Shown here: piece by piece, positions 6,415-15,281 of the stretch
Layout: every line of letters begins with the position of its first letter
Numbering within the stretch: the first letter of the stretch is position 1
IMG/VR virus record: IMGVR_UViG_3300045988_101868
Coordinates: 1 to 37,118 of that record
Length of the DNA: 37,118 nt
Strand: one strand, 5' to 3'
DNA from: a virus
Position numbers and translations under genes: made by a program
Notes under the pieces: generated by a model
Databases searched by the model: none
The model's input: the letters and a program-made list of their open reading frames with translations, nothing else
Told to the model about the DNA's origin: nothing

Positions 6415-7363
6415 GATTATTGGACCAGTTAATTTACTTGAAACATCCGACGAGGCTGATGAGGTTGCTATTCAGCCTACCGAGGTTACAGAAAACGAAC
6501 CAGAGCAGCTTATTGTAGTTAAGCAGATACCGATTATCATTGAAAAACTTGAATCTGTAAAGGCAGAAATCGAGCACAAAGTAAATGTTGCTTGTTCAAT
6601 GGTTTGTACGGACGAGAATTACAAGGAAGTAAAGAAAATTCGTTCGGCTCTCAACAAAGAGCTTGCCGAGTTTGAAAGTCAGAGAAAAACCGTTAAGTCC
6701 GAGGTAATGACACCGTACGAGCATTTTGAAAGCGTGTATAAGGAGTGTATTTCCACACCTTATAAAAAAGCTGATTCAGCATTAAAGAGCAAGATTGAGG
6801 CTATCGAGCAAGGGCTTAAACAGGAAAAGCACGATAAATCAAAAGCGTATTTTAACGAGTACGCCCAAACGCTCGGCATTGATTTTGTAAAGTACGAGCA
6901 AGTCGGCTTGAGCATTACGATGACGGTTACGCTTAAAAAGCTCAGAGAAACAATCAAGGCTTTTCTTGACAAGGTTATGGACGACATAAAGCTCATTGCA
7001 GTGCAGGAGCATAAAGACGAAATTCTGTACGAGTACAAGCAAACTTTGAATGTATCTGCTGCAATAACTTCCGTAACCGAAAGATACAAGGCTATTGAAG
7101 AAGAAAAAGCAAGGGCAGAGGCAGAACAGCTCGAACGCAAAAAGGCAGAGCTTAACGAGCAGATTAATATTAAGGAATATGAGCCGTTTACAGCTAATGT
7201 TCCTACCGAGGTGGCCGCACCGGTTGAAGAAGAACAGCCTGCAAAGGCAGATGAAAAAAGATATCCGCTTAGCTTTACGGTTTACGGAACAAAAACACAG
7301 CTTAAAGACTTTGCCTTGGCGGTAAAACAGTTAATTAATGAAAGAGGTTTAAAATATGAGTAA
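6407..7363 (+). CDS. DUF1351-like coiled-coil protein (recombination-module partner of RecT)
   Basis: Start moved to ATG 6407 after AAGGAG. Long helical, charged sequence directly upstream of recT. Family assigned from memory of this gene order; not searched. Confidence 0.6.
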   Translation: MTKIIGPVNLLETSDEADEVAIQPTEVTENEPEQLIVVKQIPIIIEKLESVKAEIEHKVNVACSMVCTDENYKEVKKIRSALNKELAEFESQRKTVKSEVMTPYEHFESVYKECISTPYKKADSALKSKIEAIEQGLKQEKHDKSKAYFNEYAQTLGIDFVKYEQVGLSITMTVTLKKLRETIKAFLDKVMDDIKLIAVQEHKDEILYEYKQTLNVSAAITSVTERYKAIEEEKARAEAEQLERKKAELNEQINIKEYEPFTANVPTEVAAPVEEEQPAKADEKRYPLSFTVYGTKTQLKDFALAVKQLINERGLKYE

Positions 7364-8243
7364 TTATAATATGACAAAATCAAGCAACACAGCAATGCAG
7401 GGAAAGCCCAAATTTTCGGCTATGCTTAGCACGAAGGGATTTCAGCAGGCACTTGCAAATTCACTTAAAAGCCATAAGGAAATTCAGAAATTTTCAGCCG
7501 CAATTACTTCCGTAGTAAGTACCAACAAGGAACTTGAAAAGTGCGATGCCGGTACTATTCTTTCTGCGGCACTCTGCGGTCACTCTCTCGGACTTCCACC
7601 GTCACCACAGCTCGGACAGTATTACTTGGTGCCGTTTAACGACAGAAAGAACAACAGAACAGTTGCTACATTCGTACTCGGCTATCGTGGCTATATTCAG
7701 CTTGCTATTCGTAGCGGCCAGTACAAGCGACTTAATGTTGTTGAAATTAAAGAGGGTGAGCTTGTTAGTTGGAATCCGCTTACGGAGGAAATTGAGGTAA
7801 AACTCATTTCAGATGAAAGCGAAAGAGCGGTTGCAAAAACCATTGGATATTACGCTTGTTTCAGATATATAAACGGCTTCGAAAAGGCTCTTTATTGGAG
7901 CAAAGAGAAGATGAAAGAACATGCTATCAGATACTCGGCAGGTTACAAAAACGATGTAAATAAAGGTACTTCATACACCTTTTGGGCAAAGGATTTTGAC
8001 AGTATGGCAAAGAAAACAATGCTTAGACAGCTTATTTCAAAGTGGGGCGTAATGAGCGTGGAAATGCAAAATGCTTTTGAGGCTGACACACACGCAATTA
8101 ACAGCGACGGCAGCGTTGATTATGAGGTGAGCGAGGAATACGATACAGAGCCGAATTTAGACGATATACCGCCGTTTGAGGAAGAACCGCCTGTAATGTC
8201 CGTCGAAAGTGAGCCGTTTTCGATTGACGACCTTGCAGAATGA
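7356..8243 (+). CDS. recT: RecT-family single-strand annealing recombinase
   Basis: GLPPSPQLGQYYLVPF...VLGYRGYIQLAIRSGQY...SMAKKTMLRQL are RecT-like blocks. Confidence 0.9.
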   Translation: MSNYNMTKSSNTAMQGKPKFSAMLSTKGFQQALANSLKSHKEIQKFSAAITSVVSTNKELEKCDAGTILSAALCGHSLGLPPSPQLGQYYLVPFNDRKNNRTVATFVLGYRGYIQLAIRSGQYKRLNVVEIKEGELVSWNPLTEEIEVKLISDESERAVAKTIGYYACFRYINGFEKALYWSKEKMKEHAIRYSAGYKNDVNKGTSYTFWAKDFDSMAKKTMLRQLISKWGVMSVEMQNAFEADTHAINSDGSVDYEVSEEYDTEPNLDDIPPFEEEPPVMSVESEPFSIDDLAE

Positions 8244-8908
8244 TTAACTTAAAAATAATCTCGACAGGCAGTAAAGGCAATGCGGTTTTGCTTGATAATC
8301 AGATCTTGATTGACTGCGGTGTGCCTTACTGCCGACTGTCGGCTTTAGCCGATAGGATAAAATATATTTTTCTTACGCATCGGCACAGCGACCACTTAAA
8401 CACAAGCACATTACGCAGGCTTTGCACAGAGCACCCGAGCATTAAGGTGATATATAACCGCTACCTTGCAGGCGCTTTGTATAAAGACTGTTCGGATTTT
8501 ATTTTTAAAAGCTCTTTTATTACAGAACCACGAAAATGGTACCAAATAGGAGCTGTTACATTTGAAAACGAAATGCTCATACATGATGTGCAAAATTGTG
8601 CGTGGAAGATTTTTATTAAATCGAACTATGGCGATACATTCAGAGTGATTTACGCTACAGATACAAACAGCCTTGAGCATATCAGAGCTAAGGGCTACGA
8701 ACTCTATTTAATAGAGGCTAATTACGATAAAGACGAAATTATAAAACGAATGAAAGAAAAAACAGCCTGCGGCGGCTATATGTACGAGGACAGAGTGCTT
8801 AAAACGCATTTATCAAAGCAGCAGGCGGACGAATGGCTTTATAAAAATATGTGCGAGTACAGCTCGTTTATTTATATGCATACTCACGAAGATTCTCACG
8901 AAGATTAA
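8240..8908 (+). CDS. MBL-fold metallo-hydrolase
   Basis: FLTHRHSDHL (HxHxDH motif). ATGA overlap with the recT stop. Confidence 0.85.
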   Translation: MINLKIISTGSKGNAVLLDNQILIDCGVPYCRLSALADRIKYIFLTHRHSDHLNTSTLRRLCTEHPSIKVIYNRYLAGALYKDCSDFIFKSSFITEPRKWYQIGAVTFENEMLIHDVQNCAWKIFIKSNYGDTFRVIYATDTNSLEHIRAKGYELYLIEANYDKDEIIKRMKEKTACGGYMYEDRVLKTHLSKQQADEWLYKNMCEYSSFIYMHTHEDSHED

Positions 8909-8927
8909 ATTGAATAGGAGTGATGTA

Positions 8928-9761
8928 ATGGCTGGACAACCAAAGCAAGGTTTAGACTTTGCCGCTTGGGATGTTCACATTTTCGATGACGATGAGAGAT
9001 TTGATGTGCTTATCGATGCACAGGGATGGAGCGGCTTTGGCGTGTTCTTCTATATTTGCACGAAAGCATATGCCACTAATGGTTATTACTATGAGTGGCG
9101 AGAAAAAACCAGTGCGGCCGCAATAGCGAAACGAATGAGCGGTGGAATTAAATCAGATACGGTAAAACAGGTAGTACAGCTTTGCTTACAAATTGGGCTG
9201 TTTGACAACGGGCTGTTTGATAGGGAGAGAATACTGACAAACAAAATGATGCAAGAACGGTATATGTACGCTATTGAGAAACGCTCTAAGCGAGGTCGCA
9301 CAATTAATAAAGATTACTGGCTTTTGAAAGAAGATGAAACAAAGGCTTATATAATTGTACCCGAAAATGAGCATAATCTCTCCGAAAATGGGAATAATCT
9401 CGCCGAGAATGACATAAAGAAAAGTAAAGTAAAGGAAAGTAAAGAAAAAGAAAAGAAAAGCGATGTTTTTATTTCTTTATTGTTAAAAGAAGAAAGCACT
9501 TATCAAGTGACATTTTCTCAGCTGAATAATTTTAAAAATATTTACACATTGATTGATGTTGAAAACGAACTCGTAAAGATGTCTAAGTATTTTGAGCTGC
9601 ACCCCGACAGCAGAAAAACACTTGATGATATCGAGAATTATATAAACCGTTGGTTATTAAAGAGGAGTGATGAAGTTGACAGCATACGAAAGAATAATTC
9701 AAAAGTACCTGCCAAAAAACGGAGCACAGGAGCGTTTAACACAGGCGAGGTTGTACTCTGA
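8928..9761 (+). CDS. DUF4373 (Lin1244/DnaD-like) replisome organizer
   Basis: N-terminal FAAWDVHIFDDDE...GWSGFGVFFYI...GYYYEW pattern. Start moved to ATG 8928 after AGGAGTG. Lies upstream of the helicase loader. Confidence 0.7.
   Translation: MAGQPKQGLDFAAWDVHIFDDDERFDVLIDAQGWSGFGVFFYICTKAYATNGYYYEWREKTSAAAIAKRMSGGIKSDTVKQVVQLCLQIGLFDNGLFDRERILTNKMMQERYMYAIEKRSKRGRTINKDYWLLKEDETKAYIIVPENEHNLSENGNNLAENDIKKSKVKESKEKEKKSDVFISLLLKEESTYQVTFSQLNNFKNIYTLIDVENELVKMSKYFELHPDSRKTLDDIENYINRWLLKRSDEVDSIRKNNSKVPAKKRSTGAFNTGEVVL
9361..9460. repeat. Candidate origin: 21-bp iterons followed by a purine-rich AGTAAAG tract, inside the organizer gene
   Basis: CCGAAAATGAGCATAATCTCT (9361), CCGAAAATGGGAATAATCTCG (9382) and a partial CCGAGAATGAC (9403). 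Then AAAGTAAAGTAAAGGAAAGTAAAGAAAAAGAAAAGAAAAG. Confidence 0.4.
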
Positions 9762-10530
9762 GCTTACGGCAGAGGAAAAGGCACAGCGAGAGGCGGATAT
9801 TTTTAATGCGCAAACAGGCAGGCTGACAGGCTATGACTGCGATAAATGCAAAAACAAGGGTACGATATACAGCACAGTAAAAAGGGATTTTTGCGGTACA
9901 GAAACCTTTGAGGTGGTTAGCCGACCCTGCGAGTGCTTAAAGGTGAGAGCAGAGCTTAAGAGAATTAAGAAAAGCGGACTTGCAAGGCTGATTGAAAGGT
10001 ACAATTTCGGAACATATATTGTCAAGAGCGAATGGCAGGCTTACATAAAGAAATGTGCCGAGGATTTCGCAAACAATCCTGTAGATTGGTTTTACATCGG
10101 CGGCCAGTCGGGCTGCGGTAAAACGCATATTTGCACCGCAATAATCGGTTCGCTGTTAAAGCAGGGCAGATCCGCAAGGTATATGCTTTGGGGCGATGAC
10201 ATAACGGCTATTAAGCAAGCAGTAACAAACGCTGAGCAGTACGAAAAACTTATGAGCAATGTAAAAAATGCCGGTGTGCTGTATATTGACGATTTTTTCA
10301 AAACACGCAGCGGCGAGGGAATAAGCAACGCCGATGTGAATACAACCTTTAAAATCATAAACCACCGCTACAATGAGCAGCTGCCAACAGTGATAAGCTC
10401 CGAACTTTCCATAAACGAAATTGCGGCAATTGACGAGGCATTAGGCAGCCGCATAGCCGAAATGACAAGAACGCATAAGATTTACATTTCAAAGGATAAA
10501 AGCAAAAATCAGAGGTTTTACTATGGATAA
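9670..10530 (+). CDS. DnaC/IstB-like AAA+ helicase loader with an N-terminal Cys cluster
   Basis: Walker A GGQSGCGKTH and Walker B VLYIDDF. The start is uncertain (GTG 9667, ATG 9670 or TTG 9676). Overlaps the upstream gene by about 90 nt. Confidence 0.85.
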   Translation: MKLTAYERIIQKYLPKNGAQERLTQARLYSELTAEEKAQREADIFNAQTGRLTGYDCDKCKNKGTIYSTVKRDFCGTETFEVVSRPCECLKVRAELKRIKKSGLARLIERYNFGTYIVKSEWQAYIKKCAEDFANNPVDWFYIGGQSGCGKTHICTAIIGSLLKQGRSARYMLWGDDITAIKQAVTNAEQYEKLMSNVKNAGVLYIDDFFKTRSGEGISNADVNTTFKIINHRYNEQLPTVISSELSINEIAAIDEALGSRIAEMTRTHKIYISKDKSKNQRFYYG

Positions 10531-10927
10531 ATCAGTAACAGAATTTTTTATGAAAATGGAAAAAGTGCCGACTGTAACAGCTCAGGAACGCAGAGTAAGG
10601 ACCGTTAAGGGCAAGCCGGTATTTTACGATTCACCGAGAATAAAATCGGCTAAGGCTTTACTTGTGGCTCATCTAAAACAGCATAGACCGCTAAAGCCGT
10701 ATGATAGTGGTGTAAGGCTGAGGGTAAGCTGGCTTTTTCCAAAAGGCAGACACAAAGACGGTGAGTATCGTATTACAAAACCCGACACAGATAACCTGCA
10801 AAAAATGCTCAAGGACTGTATGACGCTCTGCGGATTTTGGACAGATGACGCACTTGTGGCAAGCGAGATATGCGAAAAGCTTTGGGCAGATGTGCCGGGC
10901 ATTTACATAAGGATTGAACAGTTATGA
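10523..10927 (+). CDS. rusA: RusA-family Holliday junction resolvase
   Basis: KPDTDNLQKMLKDCM...WTDDALV matches the RusA acidic-residue pattern. Confidence 0.85.
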   Translation: MDKSVTEFFMKMEKVPTVTAQERRVRTVKGKPVFYDSPRIKSAKALLVAHLKQHRPLKPYDSGVRLRVSWLFPKGRHKDGEYRITKPDTDNLQKMLKDCMTLCGFWTDDALVASEICEKLWADVPGIYIRIEQL

Positions 10928-11115
10928 ACATCTCGCAGGTTAAACGCAGTCTTGGGCGAAAGGTGCTTTACAACGGCGCAAAATACATTCTGACAGGCTG
11001 TATCATCAGACGAGGCATAACAGGAAAGTTTTATTATCAGGCTGAAATAAAGGATTTAAACGCTAATTCTGCATTGTTGTATTGCAGACTTGAAGATTTG
11101 GAGGAGATGAAATAA
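10924..11115 (+). CDS. Hypothetical protein
   Basis: ATGA overlap with the rusA stop. Confidence 0.6.
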   Translation: MNISQVKRSLGRKVLYNGAKYILTGCIIRRGITGKFYYQAEIKDLNANSALLYCRLEDLEEMK

Positions 11116-11538
11116 ATGTATTCAGCTATATGTCAAATATGCGGTAACGAATTTACCGCAAGAGCAAAAACAACAAAATATTGTTCAGCTTGTGTCAGTA
11201 AAGCCAAACCCGAGGCGGCGCTACACAGAAAAGAGCAGTTAAATAGACCGCCGACAACCGATACAGAATTTTTAATATGTTTATATACATACAGAGGTGA
11301 TTCGATATCACGCATTGCAACGGATTTGAACAGAAGCGAAGAGGATGTTCAAAGCATATTAAATGAAGCAAAAGCAAGCGGTCGTTATAACATGCACATA
11401 CAAAAACATCTTAACTCTGTGAATTACAAAAGTACACTTAGTGACGATTATGTAGACAGCGTGTGGGACAGCGAGAAAGCAGGAAAAAAGAAAAGGCAGG
11501 TAAAAAATGAGAAGGAACTGGACGCAGGAAGAGGTTGA
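11116..11538 (+). CDS. Zn-ribbon plus sigma-region-4-like HTH protein
   Basis: CQICGNEF...YCSACV, then DSISRIATDLNRSEEDVQSILNEA. GGAGGAG RBS. Confidence 0.6.
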   Translation: MYSAICQICGNEFTARAKTTKYCSACVSKAKPEAALHRKEQLNRPPTTDTEFLICLYTYRGDSISRIATDLNRSEEDVQSILNEAKASGRYNMHIQKHLNSVNYKSTLSDDYVDSVWDSEKAGKKKRQVKNEKELDAGRG

Positions 11539-12682
11539 TTACTTACGGAATGTGTGGGGAAATGTTAGTGTAAAAAACATTACAAAACATTTATCACGCT
11601 CTGTTTATTCGGTACTTAACAAAGTTAATAAATTAAAGCTTGGAACTTTTCTGAGCTGTGGAGAAAGATATGTAACTTTATCATATTTGAGCGAAGCTGT
11701 TTATGGTAATCAAAGTAGCGGAGGTTACATCAAAATTTCTTGGGCACAAAATAGAGGTCTTCCTTTACATACGATTTGCAGGCAGAAAGAAAAGTTTGAG
11801 GTAGTTTATATTGATGAATTTTGGGAATGGGCATACAAGAATCAGAGCTTTTTGAATTTCTCTAAATTTGAAAAGTATTATCTTGGTGTAGAACCTGATT
11901 GGGTTGATAAAAAGCGAAGAACTGATATAAGGCACAGCTATAAATTTATTACATCACCTTGGACTACTGTTGAAGATGAGCGACTTAAGAAATTTCTTGC
12001 TGAACATAAATATAGCTATAGAGAATTATCGATACTGCTTAATAGAACGGAAGGAGCAATACAGAGAAGAATATTAGACATTGATATTAAGGAGCGACCA
12101 GTTAAGGCAAATAATCACATAAAGTGGACGGCTGAAGAATTTAAGAAGCTTGGTGAAATGATTAAATCAGGCTATAAGTATGAAGAAATGTCAGATGTGC
12201 TTGGCAAATCTGTTAAAGCTATCAGAGGTCGAGTATTTGACTATTACTTGACTGAAAGGCTTGATAAGGTAAGAGCATACATTGGCAATGGTCAGTTTGG
12301 CGATAATCTTCCGGACAGGACGATTAAATACAAGAGGTTTATGTCTGAAGAGGACAAGGAGAAGATAAAAGTCTTGTTATCTATGCTTGCAGGTGAAATT
12401 AAATGTGTTGCGAAAGAGAACTCAAATGTTGAGAGTGAGTACGCTGATTTCTGGCAGAAGGAATATTGCACACACTGGGACAGCGTCAAAGGCTGCACGG
12501 CAAACGAAAAAGACTGTGACAGCTGCACATCATTTAATAGAATAGAACCACAATTCTGCAAAAGGTGTGGAATTACCTTTTATGAACGAAAAAGCAATGA
12601 CATTTGTAAGGACTGCAGAACCGCGAGAATTAAGCAAGCTCAGAGGAAATATGCGATACTGAACAATAAAAGGAGAATATAA
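11507..12682 (+). CDS. Protein with three Myb/SANT-like repeats and a C-terminal Cys-rich module
   Basis: Repeats NWTQEEVDYL..., PWTTVEDERL..., KWTAEEFKKL..., each followed by a helix ending in R/K. The C terminus has nine or more Cys in CxxC pairs. Confidence 0.7.
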   Translation: MRRNWTQEEVDYLRNVWGNVSVKNITKHLSRSVYSVLNKVNKLKLGTFLSCGERYVTLSYLSEAVYGNQSSGGYIKISWAQNRGLPLHTICRQKEKFEVVYIDEFWEWAYKNQSFLNFSKFEKYYLGVEPDWVDKKRRTDIRHSYKFITSPWTTVEDERLKKFLAEHKYSYRELSILLNRTEGAIQRRILDIDIKERPVKANNHIKWTAEEFKKLGEMIKSGYKYEEMSDVLGKSVKAIRGRVFDYYLTERLDKVRAYIGNGQFGDNLPDRTIKYKRFMSEEDKEKIKVLLSMLAGEIKCVAKENSNVESEYADFWQKEYCTHWDSVKGCTANEKDCDSCTSFNRIEPQFCKRCGITFYERKSNDICKDCRTARIKQAQRKYAILNNKRRI

Positions 12683-13060
12683 ATGAGAGAAATATTATTC
12701 AGAGGAAAATTCGGGAACGAATGGAAGTACGGCTTTTTGAGTATTGAACCCAGAGGCTTGGTAATCAAAGAGCAGTACAAAAATGGTAGTTCAAATGTGT
12801 GGCATATCGAAAGCGACACAATAGGTCAGTACACAGGAATGACTGACAAGAATGGCACGAAAATCTTTGAGGGTGATATCATTGATTTTCTTTACCGCTC
12901 GGATGGTGACGACTATGGAATCGTTCAGTACGATGTTGATGAAACTGAATTTGGATTTGTGTATAATTTAATCTATGATGGATTGGGCAGACACTATTGT
13001 TCAAGAGATATTGAAGTTATCGGCAATATCTATGACAGCCCCGAACTTTTAAAGGAGTAA
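12683..13060 (+). CDS. YopX-family protein
   Basis: MREILFRGK...IGQYTGMTDKNGTKIFEGDII...EVIGNIYDSPELLKE. Confidence 0.85.
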   Translation: MREILFRGKFGNEWKYGFLSIEPRGLVIKEQYKNGSSNVWHIESDTIGQYTGMTDKNGTKIFEGDIIDFLYRSDGDDYGIVQYDVDETEFGFVYNLIYDGLGRHYCSRDIEVIGNIYDSPELLKE

Positions 13061-13065
13061 AAATT

Positions 13066-13491
13066 ATGACAAGATATGAACTCGAAAGACATTTAGGGAA
13101 ATATGTTGAAATCGTACTTTTTGACGGAACGGTGATTGAGGGCATTTTACATAAAACAGGTGAAAAAGCCTTTGAAAATGACGCTAATTTGTCAATACCA
13201 AAGTTACGATATTTCTGCACTTGTGGGGATAAGGTTGTTAGTAATTGTGTTTTTAGATTGTCCCACATTAAAAAAATCAGTCGTATAAAAATTAAACTTA
13301 AAGTTGTTGACGAAGTTAAACTCTCAAAGTGGGTAAAAAAGAAAGAAAGAAAAGTAGGTGAAGCGGAAGCATACTGCTTAACTTGCGGGAGAGAGGTTGT
13401 TTATCAAGTCATTAACAACCGTTATCAATTTGAAAACTATTGCCCACATTGCGGAGCAAAAATGGATTTGGAGGATAAAGAAAATGATTGA
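13066..13491 (+). CDS. Hypothetical protein with a C-terminal Zn ribbon
   Basis: CLTCG...CPHCG. AAAGGAG RBS. Confidence 0.65.
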   Translation: MTRYELERHLGKYVEIVLFDGTVIEGILHKTGEKAFENDANLSIPKLRYFCTCGDKVVSNCVFRLSHIKKISRIKIKLKVVDEVKLSKWVKKKERKVGEAEAYCLTCGREVVYQVINNRYQFENYCPHCGAKMDLEDKEND

Positions 13492-13870
13492 TTGTTCAAG
13501 AACTGAAAATTACTTTATTGAAAAGTCGAGAATGACGAAACGACAGAAGAACGTAATATGCAAACTTGACTGTTCAGATTGCCCTTTGAGCAGTTCAAAT
13601 AATGGCACAGGCATTTCGTGCACGAACCTTGAAATGAGTTATCCAGAAAAGGCAATCGCAATTGTACAGAAATGGAGTGATGAACACCCGCAGAAAACAT
13701 ATTTGAGTGAATTTTTGAAACATTATCCGAATGCTCCGCTTGGCGATGGCGGAACGCCTACAGGCATATGTCCTTATGAATTGGGACTTATGGGTGCAGG
13801 TGATTGCCGAAACAACGATGACTGCGTTAAGTGTTGGAATCAGCCTATTGAGGAGAGTGAAAGTAAATGA
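13484..13870 (+). CDS. Hypothetical Cys-rich protein
   Basis: Start moved to ATG 13484 after GGAGGATAAAG. Confidence 0.65.
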   Translation: MIDCSRTENYFIEKSRMTKRQKNVICKLDCSDCPLSSSNNGTGISCTNLEMSYPEKAIAIVQKWSDEHPQKTYLSEFLKHYPNAPLGDGGTPTGICPYELGLMGAGDCRNNDDCVKCWNQPIEESESK

Positions 13871-13935
13871 GAGAAATATTATTCAGAGGTCAAACTCGCA
13901 GATATGGCGAAAAAGTCAGAACTTTAAAGGAGTAA
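13867..13935 (+). pseudogene. 22-codon remnant of a second yopX-like gene (N terminus fused to the C-terminal tail)
   Basis: 13867-13889 is identical to the first 23 nt of yopX (12683-12705). GAACTTTAAAGGAGTAA (13919-13935) mirrors the yopX 3' end GAACTTTTAAAGGAGTAA (13043-13060) with one T fewer. Confidence 0.5.
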
Positions 13936-13941
13936 TATAGA

Positions 13942-14340
13942 ATGAGTAATAGAAAATCTATATCAAAACATACGAGGCTTAAAGTATATCAAAAATATAA
14001 TGGTCATTGTGCTTATTGTGGTTGTGAACTTGCGTTAAAGGAAATGCAAGTTGACCATATACAGAGCGTGTATTGGTATGACGGTGCAAACGATATTGAA
14101 AATTATAATCCTGCTTGCAGAATGTGTAATTTTTATAAATCTACAATGTCAGTTGAAGATTTTAGAGAGCAATTAGGTAAAATACTATCAAGACTGGAAA
14201 AGGGTTTTATTTTTAGATTAGCTAAGAAATACGGCTTAATCAGAGAAATAAAAGAACCTGTAATATTTTATTTTGAAAAAGAAAATTTGAAAAAAGTTGT
14301 GGATTTTGAGCGTGAAAAGCTATCCCTCCAAGAACTATAA
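13942..14340 (+). CDS. HNH endonuclease
   Basis: CAYCG...VDHIQSV...NYNPACRMCNFYK (CxxC, H, N, CxxC pattern). Confidence 0.85.
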   Translation: MSNRKSISKHTRLKVYQKYNGHCAYCGCELALKEMQVDHIQSVYWYDGANDIENYNPACRMCNFYKSTMSVEDFREQLGKILSRLEKGFIFRLAKKYGLIREIKEPVIFYFEKENLKKVVDFEREKLSLQEL

Positions 14341-14355
14341 ATAAGGAGGACTATT

Positions 14356-14454
14356 ATGAGAAAGAAAATCAGTTTAACGGCAGCTGCATTGACTGCACAA
14401 AACAATGGCTTGAAAGTGAGGCAGAAGAATGACCGCAAAAGAGACTATGTATAA
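14356..14454 (+). CDS. Possible 32-aa ORF
   Basis: Strong TAAGGAGGA RBS 5 nt before the ATG. Very short, and it overlaps the MazG-like start. Confidence 0.3.
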   Translation: MRKKISLTAAALTAQNNGLKVRQKNDRKRDYV

Positions 14455-14689
14455 AGCAATCAATACATACGGTGTGGAAAATCAGATGATAAAGACGGTC
14501 GAAGAGTTGTCTGAATTGTCGCAGGCTTTGTGTAAAAGCCTTATAAGATTAAATTATACTAAAGAAAAAATATCACTTGAAGATGATTTGAAATCTGTTG
14601 ATAATATTTTTGAAGAAATGGCAGATGTTGAAATTATGCTTGAACAATGCAAGATAATGTTTCAATGTGATAAAGAAGTGAATAAATGA
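14429..14689 (+). CDS. MazG-like nucleotide pyrophosphohydrolase domain protein (short form)
   Basis: EELSELSQAL...EEMADVEIMLEQ (paired EExxE/D helices). Ends at a TGA that is followed in frame by 16 open codons. Confidence 0.65.
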   Translation: MTAKETMYKAINTYGVENQMIKTVEELSELSQALCKSLIRLNYTKEKISLEDDLKSVDNIFEEMADVEIMLEQCKIMFQCDKEVNK

Positions 14690-14739
14690 AAAGAGAAAAA
14701 GATTGAGAGGCTTGAAAAAAGACTGGAGGGTGAAAATTA

Positions 14740-14919
14740 ATGACACTTGACGAATTAAAAGCTGAAATATCTGAACGCATAGAAAGTGAACAGGACAAGT
14801 TGGACAGTCTTAACAACAGAAAAAGTCGAAAAGACAGAAACTATTACATAAGTGAGGGAATGTTGCTTGCATATGACATTGTGGCTGATTATCTTGATGA
14901 TTTGGAGGTGATAACTTGA
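14740..14919 (+). CDS. Hypothetical 59-aa protein (below the ORF-track cut-off)
   Basis: ATG after GGAGGGTG. Its stop overlaps the TTG start of the next gene (TTGA). Confidence 0.5.
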   Translation: MTLDELKAEISERIESEQDKLDSLNNRKSRKDRNYYISEGMLLAYDIVADYLDDLEVIT

Positions 14920-15281
14920 CGGCTAAAGAGATTAAGGAGATTAACCGAGAGATTTCGAGACTGAGGGCGAAGATAGTACGCATTTCTGCCGAGGCGGATA
15001 ACACAGCAGGCACGCTGGGTGAACGAATCGTTCCGTCAGGTCAGACCTCCGACAAGGTAGGCAATGTGGTGGTGCAGATTGCAGATATTCAGAGAGAGAT
15101 ACAAAACCTTGAAATCCGCCGAAACGCAGCGCTCAACAGCCTCTCCCGTGACGAGTTTGTTGAGAACTGTTTGTTTATGCACCTTAGCTTGCGATACAGC
15201 TGGGCGAAGATAGCAGTTGATACAGGCGGAATAAATACACCGGATAACATAAGAATTATGTGCAACCGCCACCGTTGGTAA
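14916..15281 (+). CDS. Candidate late-gene regulator (coiled coil plus sigma-region-4-like HTH; ArpU/RinA-like position)
   Basis: LSLRYSWAKIAVDTGGINTPDNIRIMCNRH resembles a region-4-type HTH. Last gene before the packaging module. TTG start after GGAGGTG. Confidence 0.5.
   Translation: MTAKEIKEINREISRLRAKIVRISAEADNTAGTLGERIVPSGQTSDKVGNVVVQIADIQREIQNLEIRRNAALNSLSRDEFVENCLFMHLSLRYSWAKIAVDTGGINTPDNIRIMCNRHRW

Noticed and set aside
6760-7325. Nested ORFs within the DUF1351-like gene (6760..7140 -, 6839..7042 -, 7095..7325 +)
   Set aside because: They are fully embedded in a longer ORF that fits the operon, they have no RBS, and their composition is biased, as expected for off-frame reading of a Lys/Glu-rich gene.
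14687-14689. Genome-wide TGA recoding as the explanation for the in-frame TGA in the MazG-like gene
   Set aside because: TGA clearly terminates many well-supported genes here (int, recT, rusA, terL, the 13484..13870 ORF), so the standard code 11 applies. The event is local.
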